This document shows positions 7,600 to 18,700 of a DNA stretch of 64,000 bases, piece by piece. A program made the translations under genes and the position numbers. The number at the start of each line of letters is the position of its first letter. The first letter of the stretch is position 1. The notes below the pieces were generated by a model. The model was not told the DNA's origin and searched no databases. It saw only the letters and a program-made list of their open reading frames with translations. The stretch is from positions 210,897-274,896 of IMG/VR virus record IMGVR_UViG_3300034161_000018; one strand, 5' to 3'. The stretch is from a virus (taxonomy: Duplodnaviria; Caudoviricetes).

Positions 7600-10500
7600 T
7601 GGAAAAGATGACGTTTGACCAGCTCGAAACGGAAATGTTTACCTCGCAAGTTGTGTGGCAAGATTTCCTCGAAGCACTGGCGGACTTTTATCAGGAACAA
7701 GTGCGCGAACCAATGGAAGGTTTGCGTGAAGTCCGCAACATCACAGAAAAGACCGATCCGAATGTCGTGCTGTTGACGCTGCGCGACCTCGGCATTGATA
7801 CGCCGCTGGATTTGATTTTGAATCCGGATCGTTTGATGAAATCGGTTTACATGATTCCGTTGATTTATCAGCATTCCGGTCTGGATTCAATGTGGCGCGT
7901 AATTGAGTTTATTCTCGGGCGCCGCATGTCTGTGCAATATCTCTGGACTCAGGATTACATTGATTTCTATCCGGAACCGTATGGCCCGCGCCGCGTCGAT
8001 GGCGGAACGTGGTACAAAACCACGCACGTAAATCTGACAATGCAAACCACTGGTTCGGATGCCCGAATCATTCTGCCGCGTAATTCAACGCTGAAAGATC
8101 GTCTTCTTTCAGCGTTTTATTCTTATGCGCCGGTCAATCTGGTAATCGACAAATTCGCTTTCACGATTGACGTTGAATCCTCTGATCTGCAAATGAGCGC
8201 GGTTGTTGAAAAGCATCACCGCCGCGTAATGCGTTTCGGCGAGAACGGCACTGAGATTGATCCGGAAACCGGAAAGCCTGTTCGCCATTTCAGCATGGTC
8301 GGCACTGACAAAATCGAAATGGGTGGCAGTGCCCAATACTACTTGGAAGAAAACGGTTTCCAATTCTTTCCTTCTGAGTGGTGGTCGGATAAACCCGGTT
8401 TGGTCAACTTCACCCCGGCTGGCCTCGCCAGTTTCGCCAACGTGCAGTTCGATACGACCGTGACTGTTTTCACAAAGTTTCTCGGTTACACCATTTCCAA
8501 ACAAGTGTTGATTCAGAAAGCATTCGACGACATCCGGTTTATTCAAATCGAAGGCCCGGAAACAATTCAGGGTGGCGCGTATGCTGATTACACTGTGCGT
8601 TGTTATCACGCGCACGGTAATGACGAACTCGATACGCAAATCACGCTTATGTCGCCGTATGCAAAAGCGGCATTCAATCGCGTGACCTGTGAAGACGTTT
8701 CCGCCGATCAGGAATTGGCATTGCACGCGGTTTATACTGTGGGTGGTGTTGATTACACGGCAGCGCTTTTGGTCGAAGTGAAACACGTTGATCCGAATCT
8801 GGTATTGACCGACTTCTACATTGCGGGCGAAAAAGAACTGAATGAGAATTCGGTTTATCTGTTTCAGGCGAATGCGGTTTTCTCCGATGGCAGCGAACAA
8901 GCTGTTTTGTCGTCGTGGTCTACCAGTTCTTCCGTTGCGTATGCCGACAATAATGGACGCGTGACAACCGGCGTCACCGAAGGCCCGACTGACGTTTCGT
9001 TCAAAGCGAAATATACGTTCCGTGGCGTTTCGCTGGATCACACTTTCGATTCCACTGTTGTGCAAGTGTTGAATCCGTTGGTTGGCATTTCGATCCAAGG
9101 CCCGACAATCGGATACGAAAACAACCGTTTGCAATTCAACGCATTGGGTATTTTCGCAGACGGGACAACCGGTGTCGTTGTCGCTGAATGGGCGTGCGAA
9201 GATTACTATATCGGCGCCGATGGCATTCTGGAAGTCGGTACAACCGGCGACCGCGCAAAAGAAGTAATCGTGAAAGCGGCAGTGCGTGATTTCACTGCGG
9301 AACATTCGGTAAACATCACACGCGATCCAATCGTGTTGACCAGCCTTGTAATTCAAGGGCCGGAAAACTTGCATGAAGGCGCAGCGGGTTCGTTCCAAGC
9401 ATTGGCGATTTTCTCCGATGGCAGCAAGCAAGCGATTTCCCCAACGTGGTCGCTTGTTGATAATCCGACATGGGCAACAATTTCCAATACCGGCATCGTG
9501 GTTTTCAATGATCCGGAAGTTGGCCTTTTGGAAGTGCAGGCGGATTACCTGAAAGACGGTGTGCGCTACACGCAAACGAAAACCGTTGTGTGCATTGCGA
9601 AAACCAACGTCATTACCGGGCTGATTGTTTCCGGGCCAAACCTTGTGAATGCGAATGAGCGAATTGTTTTAACCGCCACCGCGATTTACAAAGACGGCAC
9701 AATGGAAACCGTTACTCCGAAATGGAGCGCGTCCACTCTGGATTCCAACGCGACTTACGTTGCTGCGGATGTTGTCGGTTCCGGTGTTGTGCAGGGCCGC
9801 GATGTTGATTCCGATATGGACGTAATCATTACGGCGCGCTACTTTCAGGAAGAAGTGAATTACAAAATCACCGTGCGTTACGTTGCGCCGATGGGGCCAG
9901 ACAAACCAATGACTTCGCGAATCAGCGGGCCACCAGTTTTCTACTCCAACGAAATCGCATCGTTTGCACAAATGATTCGCTTCGACCAGTGCCCGAATGA
10001 ATTGGCAGTTTCATCTGATTGGTCACTCGACGTTGATTCGGATATTGCTTCGATTGACGCAAACGGATTCCTAACTGTGGAAGGCAACCGCGCCGCGACC
10101 ATGACGGTTACGGCAGTTTACACCTGCGGCGGTTACACGGTTACGGACAGTATCGTTGTTTCTTCTGTCGTTCGCGATTCCGCATACAGCACAATGTTGA
10201 TGGCCGCGCCGGACACAATGGAGATTGGCGAAACTGCACAATTCAGCGCAGAAGTTTTCACACTCGCAGACGTTGTGGTTGTTGGCGGCGGTAAACTGGT
10301 GGCATGCGAATGGGAAGTAATGACCGACTCGCTAAACATTCAGGTTTCCAGCAATGGCCTTTTGCGAATTGTTGGCCCGGTAGTGAATACCAGTTTCACA
10401 ATCAAGGCCACGTACAACGACGGTTTCGAGACGATTGAAGTTTCCAAAACCGTTGCAGTCTCTGGCAGCGAACCGCTTTGGGGAACTGCGGCAATTGACG

Positions 10501-10811
10501 CAAGCAACGATGCGATTTTTGCAATGACTGGAAAACTGGTCGATGGCCGTTTCCAAATCAACGTTGGTGCCGGGCGTTATGGTTTCTTTGCGTATCCGCT
10601 GGTTTGGGGATTGGCAACTTTCAAAGAAGTCACCACGCAAATTGTCGGCGGTTGGGATGGTGCGACGTGGCCTGCGGATGGTTCCATTGGTTCGACTGCG
10701 GGGCCGCTCACAGTCAGCCGCGTTATTAACGGAATCACCACGCAATGGTACATCTACCGAACAAACTTTTCTGCAATTGGTAACACGGCGTTTGACGTTA
10801 CCTTTTCGTGA
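7599..10811 (+). CDS. Baseplate gp7-like protein with multiple Ig-like (Big_2-type) repeats
   Basis: The N-terminal wedge-like region is followed by about seven repeats of L..I.I.GP..+.E....F.A...F.DG.....W. ATG overlaps the gp6-like stop. Confidence 0.75.
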   Translation: MEKMTFDQLETEMFTSQVVWQDFLEALADFYQEQVREPMEGLREVRNITEKTDPNVVLLTLRDLGIDTPLDLILNPDRLMKSVYMIPLIYQHSGLDSMWRVIEFILGRRMSVQYLWTQDYIDFYPEPYGPRRVDGGTWYKTTHVNLTMQTTGSDARIILPRNSTLKDRLLSAFYSYAPVNLVIDKFAFTIDVESSDLQMSAVVEKHHRRVMRFGENGTEIDPETGKPVRHFSMVGTDKIEMGGSAQYYLEENGFQFFPSEWWSDKPGLVNFTPAGLASFANVQFDTTVTVFTKFLGYTISKQVLIQKAFDDIRFIQIEGPETIQGGAYADYTVRCYHAHGNDELDTQITLMSPYAKAAFNRVTCEDVSADQELALHAVYTVGGVDYTAALLVEVKHVDPNLVLTDFYIAGEKELNENSVYLFQANAVFSDGSEQAVLSSWSTSSSVAYADNNGRVTTGVTEGPTDVSFKAKYTFRGVSLDHTFDSTVVQVLNPLVGISIQGPTIGYENNRLQFNALGIFADGTTGVVVAEWACEDYYIGADGILEVGTTGDRAKEVIVKAAVRDFTAEHSVNITRDPIVLTSLVIQGPENLHEGAAGSFQALAIFSDGSKQAISPTWSLVDNPTWATISNTGIVVFNDPEVGLLEVQADYLKDGVRYTQTKTVVCIAKTNVITGLIVSGPNLVNANERIVLTATAIYKDGTMETVTPKWSASTLDSNATYVAADVVGSGVVQGRDVDSDMDVIITARYFQEEVNYKITVRYVAPMGPDKPMTSRISGPPVFYSNEIASFAQMIRFDQCPNELAVSSDWSLDVDSDIASIDANGFLTVEGNRAATMTVTAVYTCGGYTVTDSIVVSSVVRDSAYSTMLMAAPDTMEIGETAQFSAEVFTLADVVVVGGGKLVACEWEVMTDSLNIQVSSNGLLRIVGPVVNTSFTIKATYNDGFETIEVSKTVAVSGSEPLWGTAAIDASNDAIFAMTGKLVDGRFQINVGAGRYGFFAYPLVWGLATFKEVTTQIVGGWDGATWPADGSIGSTAGPLTVSRVINGITTQWYIYRTNFSAIGNTAFDVTFS

Positions 10812-10818
10812 GGCTTTT

Positions 10819-11436
10819 ATGATTGCACTGAATCCGGATTTGCGTTTGATTAAACCAACCGCAAAAACTCTGACCGTGACCAGTCGCATTGCAGGCCGTG
10901 AACGTATTGCTTTCAAGATGAAGGTTTTGGGTAACAACATCAGAACCTTCAAATTGAATTTCCTGCCACCGTGCGTTGAGTGGGTTGAAGTTTATTACAA
11001 CGCTCGGCGCATGTTGACCGGCTATACGATTGTGGGCCAGCAACTTACATTCGACGTTCCCCATTCCGGGCGCGTCGATGTTATTTGCGACAATGAAGAC
11101 CCAACCGATTTGGAATGGTGCGAGATTCCAATCAAAAACATGATTTCGTACACCAGCCTTGTAGACGCAAACTACGGAACCGACCGGCGCGATGGCCCTG
11201 ATATTTGTCAGCGTGTTATCCCGGTTGTAATCGTGCAACCGTCTGCGGGCTTTTGTCGTTCCAGTTTGTATTTCGACACTTTGCTGTATTGCCCAATTAA
11301 AGGATACGAAGGGCCGGACTCGATTACTTACGCAATCTTGAATGATAGCGGCCAAGTGTCAGAACCGAAATGTATCAACATCACCGTCGAATTGCCACCG
11401 CCGCCAGAACCTCCGGTTGTTCCGCCGACCCCGTAA
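10819..11436 (+). CDS. Virion-associated protein with C-terminal Ig/cadherin-like (Big_9-like) segment
   Basis: ATG at 10819 after GAGG. Contains YCPIKGYEGPDSITYAILNDSGQVS and ends in a Pro-rich tail. Confidence 0.7.
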   Translation: MIALNPDLRLIKPTAKTLTVTSRIAGRERIAFKMKVLGNNIRTFKLNFLPPCVEWVEVYYNARRMLTGYTIVGQQLTFDVPHSGRVDVICDNEDPTDLEWCEIPIKNMISYTSLVDANYGTDRRDGPDICQRVIPVVIVQPSAGFCRSSLYFDTLLYCPIKGYEGPDSITYAILNDSGQVSEPKCINITVELPPPPEPPVVPPTP

Positions 11437-11454
11437 TTAATTCTGGCATCCGTT

Positions 11455-11463
11455 TAATTTAAC
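11455..11463 (+). promoter_or_regulatory. TAATTTAAC motif in the loop of a TCCGTT/AACGGA hairpin
   Basis: Intergenic, about 19 nt upstream of ATG 11482. Confidence 0.45.
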
Positions 11464-11481
11464 GGAAAAGGAGAAAGTTTT

Positions 11482-11739
11482 ATGCAAATCATGACTACTG
11501 GCCGCAAGGTGTTTGATCCGTTTGCGCCTGCTGTCCCGCAACAATCCGTCGCTTCTTCCGTTTCTTCTGACGCGGAACACAATCGCGAAATCGCAACCGC
11601 TTCCGCCCTGACGAACATGAATCCGAATCAGTGCCCGAAATGCGGTGCGATGATGGGTAACGGCATTCTGGCAGATGGCGAGAAAGTTTATTACTGCCCA
11701 CCATGCCGCGTTACTAACCCGATCCCGGTTCCGGTTTAA
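11482..11739 (+). CDS. Small Zn-ribbon protein
   Basis: CPKC...CPPC motif. GGAG RBS upstream. Confidence 0.8.
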   Translation: MQIMTTGRKVFDPFAPAVPQQSVASSVSSDAEHNREIATASALTNMNPNQCPKCGAMMGNGILADGEKVYYCPPCRVTNPIPVPV

Positions 11740-11750
11740 TAGGTTTTCAA

Positions 11751-14063
11751 ATGACTGACAAACTCATTCTACAAGACGCTGGACTGCGCGCAATCAACAA
11801 TGCGAATGCGGGCGGCGTTTTGGTAAATCCGGTATTTTTCAAAGGTGGCGATTCTGCTCTGTCGCCCCTGATGGAGAATGCTACCGATATTCTCGGCAGC
11901 GTTGTAATCCAAGGAAATATTCACCACGTTGAGGTTGCCAGCGCAAACAGTGCTCGATTCTTTTTCGTTCTTGACGGAAACTCTGTCACGGTTGAAACCG
12001 AAATCAAAGAACTGTGCGTCTATTTGGAAGGCGACATTCTGCTGGGCCGTTGCGTGTTCACCGAAGCAATCGTGCTGATTCCGAATGAGCTTTACGAAAT
12101 CAGTGTCGTGCTCGCATCTACACGCGGCGACCTTTCTGCAATTAGCGTTGCATACGGCGATTACGAATCCATTCCAATCACTCCGTTCCTGTATCGTTTG
12201 CCAGCGCCAGCCGCTACGCAATTCAACGCGATTTCAGTTGCCAACGGTGTGACCAACGCAGCCGGGGGCGACTCGCCTATCATGGCTTTGCGTCACGGTT
12301 CGGGCGCTTTCCAGTGGGGCTTTACCGGACACACTCGCGTTTATTCCGCAAAACCAAAAACCGCAACCGTTTCCAGTTTCACGATTACGAGTTCTCAAGT
12401 TTTCGTGGATAAAGAAGTTGTGATTGTTCACGTTGTTGCAGGCACCGGCCTCGGCCAAACCCGCCGCTTCTATTACGAAGCATCCAACGGTTCGTTTATC
12501 GAATCGGATGGTCGCAACCTGACCGATCTTGCGAATTGCACAATTGCAGTTTGGCGCGCAATGGGTGGCAGTGTGCAAGGTGGCGGTTCTTCGCTTCCTG
12601 ACAAAACCAACGTTCCAGAAGATTGGGTTCTGATTTCAGGGCCGGGCGAAACCCCAGTGTGGGGGCCGCAAAAATCTGGCGCAAAAGTTTTGAATACGCT
12701 GTACACCGCACCTTCGCGGCTCGACGTAAACATCCTCAATTATATCGGCAACGGTGCGGAAGCGCGGTATAGCCTCGGTGAATTGAGTGTCGAAAACGCA
12801 AACTACATTTACCCGGCACTCGGCGGCATCACGCAGCACCGTACCGCTTTCGACGTAAACGCGTCGGAATTGGAATTCGCCGAAAACATTCCTGCGGCTG
12901 TTGGTATTGACCTGCGCGTTTTCACAAAAGCGAGCAGCACCGGCACACGTTTGGAATTTACCAGCGATCACTTTGTTGGTGACGGGCAAACCGTTCGTTT
13001 CAAACTGAAAACTGCAATTGCCGATGTGAAATACGTCTTTGCGTTTATGCAAGGTACGTTGCAGGCGATGAACGCCTACACATACGACAATCAAACTCAG
13101 GAAATCGTTTTCACCGAACCGCCGCTCGCTGGTTTGCCGTTGGAATTCCGTGCAATTGTGCAGGTCATTGCGACCGGTTACAGCACGCGGATTGTTTCGC
13201 AGACCTACATGATTACCGGCGAAACGCTTTTCCTCGTTCTGCCATTCAAGCCACAAACGAAAGAACAAGTTTTCCTTTCGCACCAAGGTACGCACGTTCA
13301 CGACGATCTTTATACCATCGTCGAAGACACGTTGATCCTGACCGGCTCGCTGCAAGATGGCGTCGAAGTTGAAGTATTGATTTTCGACAACGTGGAAGCG
13401 CAAGGTTCCGAAAACACAAACCTGAAAGGGATTGTGACTGACGGTTTCCTTTCGTACAAAAGCCTCAAGCTTCTGCGCAACGGAATGTCGCCGATTACTC
13501 TGCCAATTCCAGCGCCAAACTTTGAGTCTGGTGACGGCATTCGGCTGACCGGCAACTATCCGACGATTCGGATCGAAAACACTTTCGCAGCTTCGGCAGC
13601 GCAAGACCCGATTAAGAAATACACCGATCTGAAAGTTGAGAAAAACGCCAGCCAAGTGCTGAGCACGCACCGCGTCGATATTACAAACAACATGCTGATT
13701 ATGGTGACTTGCGATTTCGCGGCGAAACTCGGCCCCGGATTCATGACAACCGAAGGTATGGAAAATATCGAATTCGTTGTCGGTATGCGTTCGACCAACA
13801 CGAAAGAACCGGATTACGGAAAGCAAATCATTGGTACAGGCTCGGCAGGTTTTACCAGTCTGGTCGGCACCACTTCCAGTTCGACAACTGCATTCGCAAA
13901 CGCGAGCATGACGCGCATTTTTGAAATCGACAAATCCAACCATCCGGCTGGCTACGTTGAAGTCATTGGCAAAATGCGAATCAACAACGCAAACGTGAGT
14001 CAGTTCCCCGCACTGCTTACCGTGAACTTAAACGTTGTTGAAATTCCAAAATGGGACACGTAA
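11751..14063 (+). CDS. Baseplate/tail-fibre attachment protein
   Basis: The N-terminus (DAGLRAINNANAGG) resembles tail-collar fibre attachment domains. Three internal repeats of G.G....F.L......V.....G..Q....Y......L.F.E. Confidence 0.7.
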   Translation: MTDKLILQDAGLRAINNANAGGVLVNPVFFKGGDSALSPLMENATDILGSVVIQGNIHHVEVASANSARFFFVLDGNSVTVETEIKELCVYLEGDILLGRCVFTEAIVLIPNELYEISVVLASTRGDLSAISVAYGDYESIPITPFLYRLPAPAATQFNAISVANGVTNAAGGDSPIMALRHGSGAFQWGFTGHTRVYSAKPKTATVSSFTITSSQVFVDKEVVIVHVVAGTGLGQTRRFYYEASNGSFIESDGRNLTDLANCTIAVWRAMGGSVQGGGSSLPDKTNVPEDWVLISGPGETPVWGPQKSGAKVLNTLYTAPSRLDVNILNYIGNGAEARYSLGELSVENANYIYPALGGITQHRTAFDVNASELEFAENIPAAVGIDLRVFTKASSTGTRLEFTSDHFVGDGQTVRFKLKTAIADVKYVFAFMQGTLQAMNAYTYDNQTQEIVFTEPPLAGLPLEFRAIVQVIATGYSTRIVSQTYMITGETLFLVLPFKPQTKEQVFLSHQGTHVHDDLYTIVEDTLILTGSLQDGVEVEVLIFDNVEAQGSENTNLKGIVTDGFLSYKSLKLLRNGMSPITLPIPAPNFESGDGIRLTGNYPTIRIENTFAASAAQDPIKKYTDLKVEKNASQVLSTHRVDITNNMLIMVTCDFAAKLGPGFMTTEGMENIEFVVGMRSTNTKEPDYGKQIIGTGSAGFTSLVGTTSSSTTAFANASMTRIFEIDKSNHPAGYVEVIGKMRINNANVSQFPALLTVNLNVVEIPKWDT

Positions 14064-14528
14064 ATGTGGGCAGTAAGCGCCACGGGCCTTTACGCAGGTA
14101 ACGGCCCTTTTCCAGAAGGCGTGGCTTATGTCGATGAAGAAACCTTCAATTACATCCGCGACAATTTCGAGTTGTTGAATATCGAAGTCGCCAAAGAAGG
14201 GTTGAAGGTTTCCGTCGATCTGGTCGCGTACAAACAATTCGCCATATCGGAAATCAAACTCGCAGATTGGACGGAGCACAAAGGGATCAAGGTTTTTGAC
14301 CATGAACTCGCTCTGGTCATGCAGCTTGAAACCCGGTATGGCGAAATCTATTTGCGGAACGGTTTGTTTAAAGGCACCAGTGGTTCGCTGGCTTCGGCGA
14401 TCAATAACCGAAACCGTTTATTCCACACGGCTGTCGCGGCAATCAACGCCGCACAAACCCCGCCCGAGGTGGACGCTGCACTGGAGTCGTATTCAGATGG
14501 CAAACGAATTAACGAAAGCGAGTCTTGA
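14064..14528 (+). CDS. Tail-fibre assembly/chaperone-like protein
   Basis: Follows a fibre gene directly. The C-terminus AAINAAQTPPEVDAAL resembles DUF4376-type chaperone ends. Confidence 0.55.
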   Translation: MWAVSATGLYAGNGPFPEGVAYVDEETFNYIRDNFELLNIEVAKEGLKVSVDLVAYKQFAISEIKLADWTEHKGIKVFDHELALVMQLETRYGEIYLRNGLFKGTSGSLASAINNRNRLFHTAVAAINAAQTPPEVDAALESYSDGKRINESES

Positions 14529-15759
14529 CGGAAACAGCGTCAAAGTTCCAATTGGCGCGCCGGTCATTACAAACAAACGCGACGGAAATTCCACGTCAAT
14601 TAAAGCGTTGATGACCGGCCAGCAATTGACGCTGTTGCAAATGCAAACCATTGAAGCCCTTGGCTACGATGGAAAACAGATTGGGCGAAACTCTGCGACC
14701 AACGAATTCGATTTCGTAACGCCGGAAGTTGCCAACTCTGAAAAATCAGTACAGTGGTCGTTCGATAGAGAAAGCGGGCAAATCGTTTTCGTTCGTTCCA
14801 GTGGCGAAGTTGTTACGATTTCCGGTTTTCTTCGGCAGATTGATTTCGGTGTTGGCCCGCAAGGCCCGCGTGGCAATCCGGGGAAGGATGGCGAAGATGC
14901 AGAAGACGGTCGCGACGGAAAAGACGGTGACACGGGTTGCGCTGGAACAACTGGCGCAGATGGGCGCACTGGTGAAATTGGTGACTACGGCGAAGAAGGC
15001 CCGGTCGGCCCTGACGGATTAACTGGCGCACCCGGCCCAACTGGCCCAACTGGAATTATCGGCCCGCAAGGAATTCCCGGTCGTGAAGGTAAACGCGGGC
15101 CAAAAGGTTTTTCGTGCCCCACAACTTTGATTGGCCCCGATGGCCCTCAAGGTCGAGAAATGAATAAGTTTGTTGGATTGTTGGCAGCGCCCGGTTCAAC
15201 AGATTTGATTTGGGCGGCACCAGAAGATTGCCTTTGTGCATTCGATCCAACTGATCCGGAATTCGTGGACGGTGTGCAGACTTATGCAGTCAGCACAATT
15301 ACACTTATTGCACCTGATCTTTTGTGTCCGGCGGGACAAACTGTTGGCGGCGTAGTCGGCGGGCCAACCACGGCTTCCGGCACGTACACAGAATCGGTAA
15401 TGTCGGACGGTTCGATTCAACGTTCGGCCTACAATTACGGCGGCGCATATTGCGCAGTGGCGACAACTTCGGAACCACACGTAATCATTACCGAAAAATA
15501 TGTTCCGAACAGCACGCAAGTTACAAAACAAGTCAGCAAAACCAACCCGAACGAAGCGTGGTATTTCTTCTACGAAGGCGGGAAGCTGGTTCACAAAGTC
15601 CGCCGCGTTTCTGCGGGTGGCGCTTACAATTACACCGCTGCCGATCCAGATATTCGCGAAGACGGTATGAAGTTCTGGCAGGGCGCGTTGCAGACAACTC
15701 AGTCTGACGCAAACTGGAATTACTACATCTACACTTACGCGGGCAGTTTCACCGTTTAA
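14497..15759 (+). CDS. Collagen-like fibre protein 1
   Basis: ATG at 14497 (MANELTK). Gly-X-Y run at about 14848-15153. One CPxGQT...SDG module. Confidence 0.85.
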   Translation: MANELTKASLDGNSVKVPIGAPVITNKRDGNSTSIKALMTGQQLTLLQMQTIEALGYDGKQIGRNSATNEFDFVTPEVANSEKSVQWSFDRESGQIVFVRSSGEVVTISGFLRQIDFGVGPQGPRGNPGKDGEDAEDGRDGKDGDTGCAGTTGADGRTGEIGDYGEEGPVGPDGLTGAPGPTGPTGIIGPQGIPGREGKRGPKGFSCPTTLIGPDGPQGREMNKFVGLLAAPGSTDLIWAAPEDCLCAFDPTDPEFVDGVQTYAVSTITLIAPDLLCPAGQTVGGVVGGPTTASGTYTESVMSDGSIQRSAYNYGGAYCAVATTSEPHVIITEKYVPNSTQVTKQVSKTNPNEAWYFFYEGGKLVHKVRRVSAGGAYNYTAADPDIREDGMKFWQGALQTTQSDANWNYYIYTYAGSFTV

Positions 15760-15777
15760 TCTTGTGGAGCATTTGGG

Positions 15778-18700
15778 ATGACCTGTTGCAGAACGCATCC
15801 GAATTCCGTTGGAATGCCACCACTTGAACCAGAAAAAGTAATTGTCGATTGCGGCACTTGGGTGGGTTCCTGCGGAATGGGAATCCACGAATTTTTCCTG
15901 TACCTCGGAAAGATCAACTCCAAGGTGACAGTCTGGTTTGAGCGGAAATACACTGATGACATTTTGAATGCTTATCAGTTTGGCGAAATCTTGGGCGCCA
16001 CTCCAACCGGTGGCAAAGACGGTTCGTTCTCTTTTGAGTACGCGCCGTATGATCCAAACCTCGCCGGTCGCGACGAAATCCGTGTCGAAATCGTCAACAA
16101 TCACCGCGATAGTGAATGGCGTTTCCGCGTTGACTGTCCGGAAGAATATGAAGACGATCCGCCTGTTTCCGAAGTTAAAGAAACAGAATCGACGTGCGGA
16201 CGTTATCACCACCAAGCTGGTTACGCAAAAAAGAACACCATTCTTTTGGGTGATGAATCCGGCACCGTGAATGTGACGTGGGCAATTCAAGGTTACGCCG
16301 AGGTGAAGTTTTACCAAGGCGACGTATTGCTGAAAACGATTAAGTCGAATCGCACCGGCACGTTTTCGTTTTTCTACGATCCAACCAAAGGGCCAGTGTA
16401 TGCTTTGACGCAAGGCACCGGCACCGTCGATTATCTGTTTAGCTGTCCGTACACTCCGCCCGAGGAAATTCCCGAGAAGTTTGAGTTTACGTGCGGTGAC
16501 GACATTCACATTTTCCAAGCGCCGAAACTGGTGAATGTGATTCTGCCACCTGACCAAACAGGCAGCGTGGAAATCTGGTTTGAAACGGAATCGACTGTCG
16601 TTCTGAAATTCATGCAGCGCGACACGTTGCTGTATCAGGTTCAACAGTTTGAAGGCTCAAGCGCATTTTCGTTTGATTACGATCCTGCAAATGGCCCGCT
16701 GACAATCGTTTCGGAAAACTACGGCCAGTTCCGCACTTCGGTGAAATGCCCATACGAAGCGCCGCCGATTACTCCCGATCCGCCAAAACAATACGACCTC
16801 GATTGCTGGGACGCATTGCAAACATTTGAATCGCCGAGTGAAATCACTGTGCGACTTCCGAATGTCACTGGTTCTGTGTTGGTCACTTATGTGATTCCCG
16901 GTTCCACCGAATTGTCCTTCAATCAGGCTGGCCTTGAAATCGGTCACGGTTATCCGCAAGACGGTTTGCGTTCTTTCAGTTTCAACTACGTTCCGTCGAA
17001 AGGCGATTTGCTCGTTGTTGCAACTGGCACCGATGATTTCCAATTGTGGGTTGATTGCCCGATCCCGCCACCGCCTCCAGAATATCAGGCGAATTGCGGC
17101 GTCGATAATCAATTCGATAGTCCGGGTAACGTAAACCTTTCGATGGGTGCGCTTTCCGGAAACTTCAATCTCACAGTTGATAAAACGATTGCGCTGTACA
17201 ATCACAGCACGTTGGTTGCGTCGTTTACCGGCACGCGTTCGTTCTTCTACACCGTTGGCGATCAGTGGAAAGTTGTCAGCACAGAAGTTGGTGTGCTGAA
17301 TATCAAAGCAACTTGCCCGTCGATTAAAGGAATGGTTTGCGGCCCTGACGATGAAACGTTTTTGGCTGGTGACACAATCCTGATTGACGTTGATGAAAAC
17401 GTCGGCGATACCGCTGCAATGATTGTTGCACCTGATACGGTGACAGTCGCGTGGTATTTGGACGGCCAGCTTTTCCGTTCCACGACTGGCACTGCCGAAG
17501 TTGATTTGTATCTTCCAGATGTTGTGGAAGTGAAATTGATTTCCAGCGGCACCGGCAATTTCGATCTGCTTTTCCCGTGTCCAGTTCCACGCACGCCGGA
17601 AGGCACCTGCGGCAAACTGGTTCATTCCGGAACTGGCGTGCAGGCGGATAAACCAATTCGCATTTCTGGCAATGGGCAAGTTCTCATTACCTACGAATTG
17701 GCGGCACCGCGTTCGATTACGTTTGCAACATCTGACGGAATCATTCAGACAGTCACTGGCCCTGTGAAGGATCAATTCGTTTATGACTATCTGCTGACCG
17801 AAGGCCCGATAAATGTTTCGTTTACCGGCACTGGTGAATTTCGTTATGTGATTGGTTGCCCACCGGGCGCTGGCGAAGAATTGGTTATTTCTCCACCTGA
17901 CGTTATTTTCGACGGCGGTACAGTCGAGGATGATCCGGACGAAAACAACGGGCCGTGCGATGATGTTTATAACACGGAACTCGAATTCGTTTCTGATTTG
18001 ACGTTGCCAATTCCAAGCGCTGGAACTGATTGCTCACTGCTTTTGACCAGCCGTGCGTTTTCGCATCCGGGTATGAACGCGACTGAGCTTTACGGTGCAA
18101 CACTCATGACTGCCGTGCGCGACATTACGGCAAACAACATGAAGAAAACAAAGCTGGGTTCGGATTTCTTTTTCTATTACGAATTCCCGTTGGCTCTGGA
18201 AGCCGAGGATTACACATTCGTTTTGAAAGCGTCCGAAGCCGATGTTGACGTTGCAATGTATGTGAACTGTTATCCGGTTCTCGACCGGGCGCGGAACCTA
18301 ACATTGCGTGAAACGGTTACGCTTTTCGATGCGCAGACTTTTGTGCAAATCTATTGGCGCTATCCGGACGACATTACTTCCCAAAAACTCATGACCGGTG
18401 GCATTTACGCGGCAGTTGTTCGTACCGCGACAAACGAAGTTGTGTGGCGCAGCGGCGACATTATGCAAAAAGTGCGTACCAACGCAAAATTGCAATGTTC
18501 CGATAAACCACGCTGGCCGGTTACTCGCGTGCCAAACTCCGAACAGGTTGCTTGCCCAAGTGGACAAACGCTAAACGGCGTTGTTGGTGGCGTAAGTTAT
18601 TTGACCGCAACGTGGGAAACCATTACGTGGTCGGATGGTGTTGTCGAAGTCACCGAGAAAGTTTTGAACGGCGTTTGCAAAATTCCACCAACCGTTACCG

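Noticed and set aside
5483-10811. PAAR, gp25 and baseplate J read as a T6SS or extracellular contractile injection system
   Set aside because: No TssB/C, Hcp, ClpV, membrane complex or Afp/PVC-type ATPase is present. The context (thyA, DHFR, RNA ligase, lysis genes, dense small ORFs) is that of a lytic phage.
10543-10818. Track starts that extend genes upstream (10543, 14296, 42566, 52362, 52924, 54107, 59180, 62970, 5523, 3080)
   Set aside because: They overlap upstream genes extensively. Downstream starts with RBS or stop-start coupling were preferred, and at 52440, 53014 and 54143 these starts expose the shared leader.
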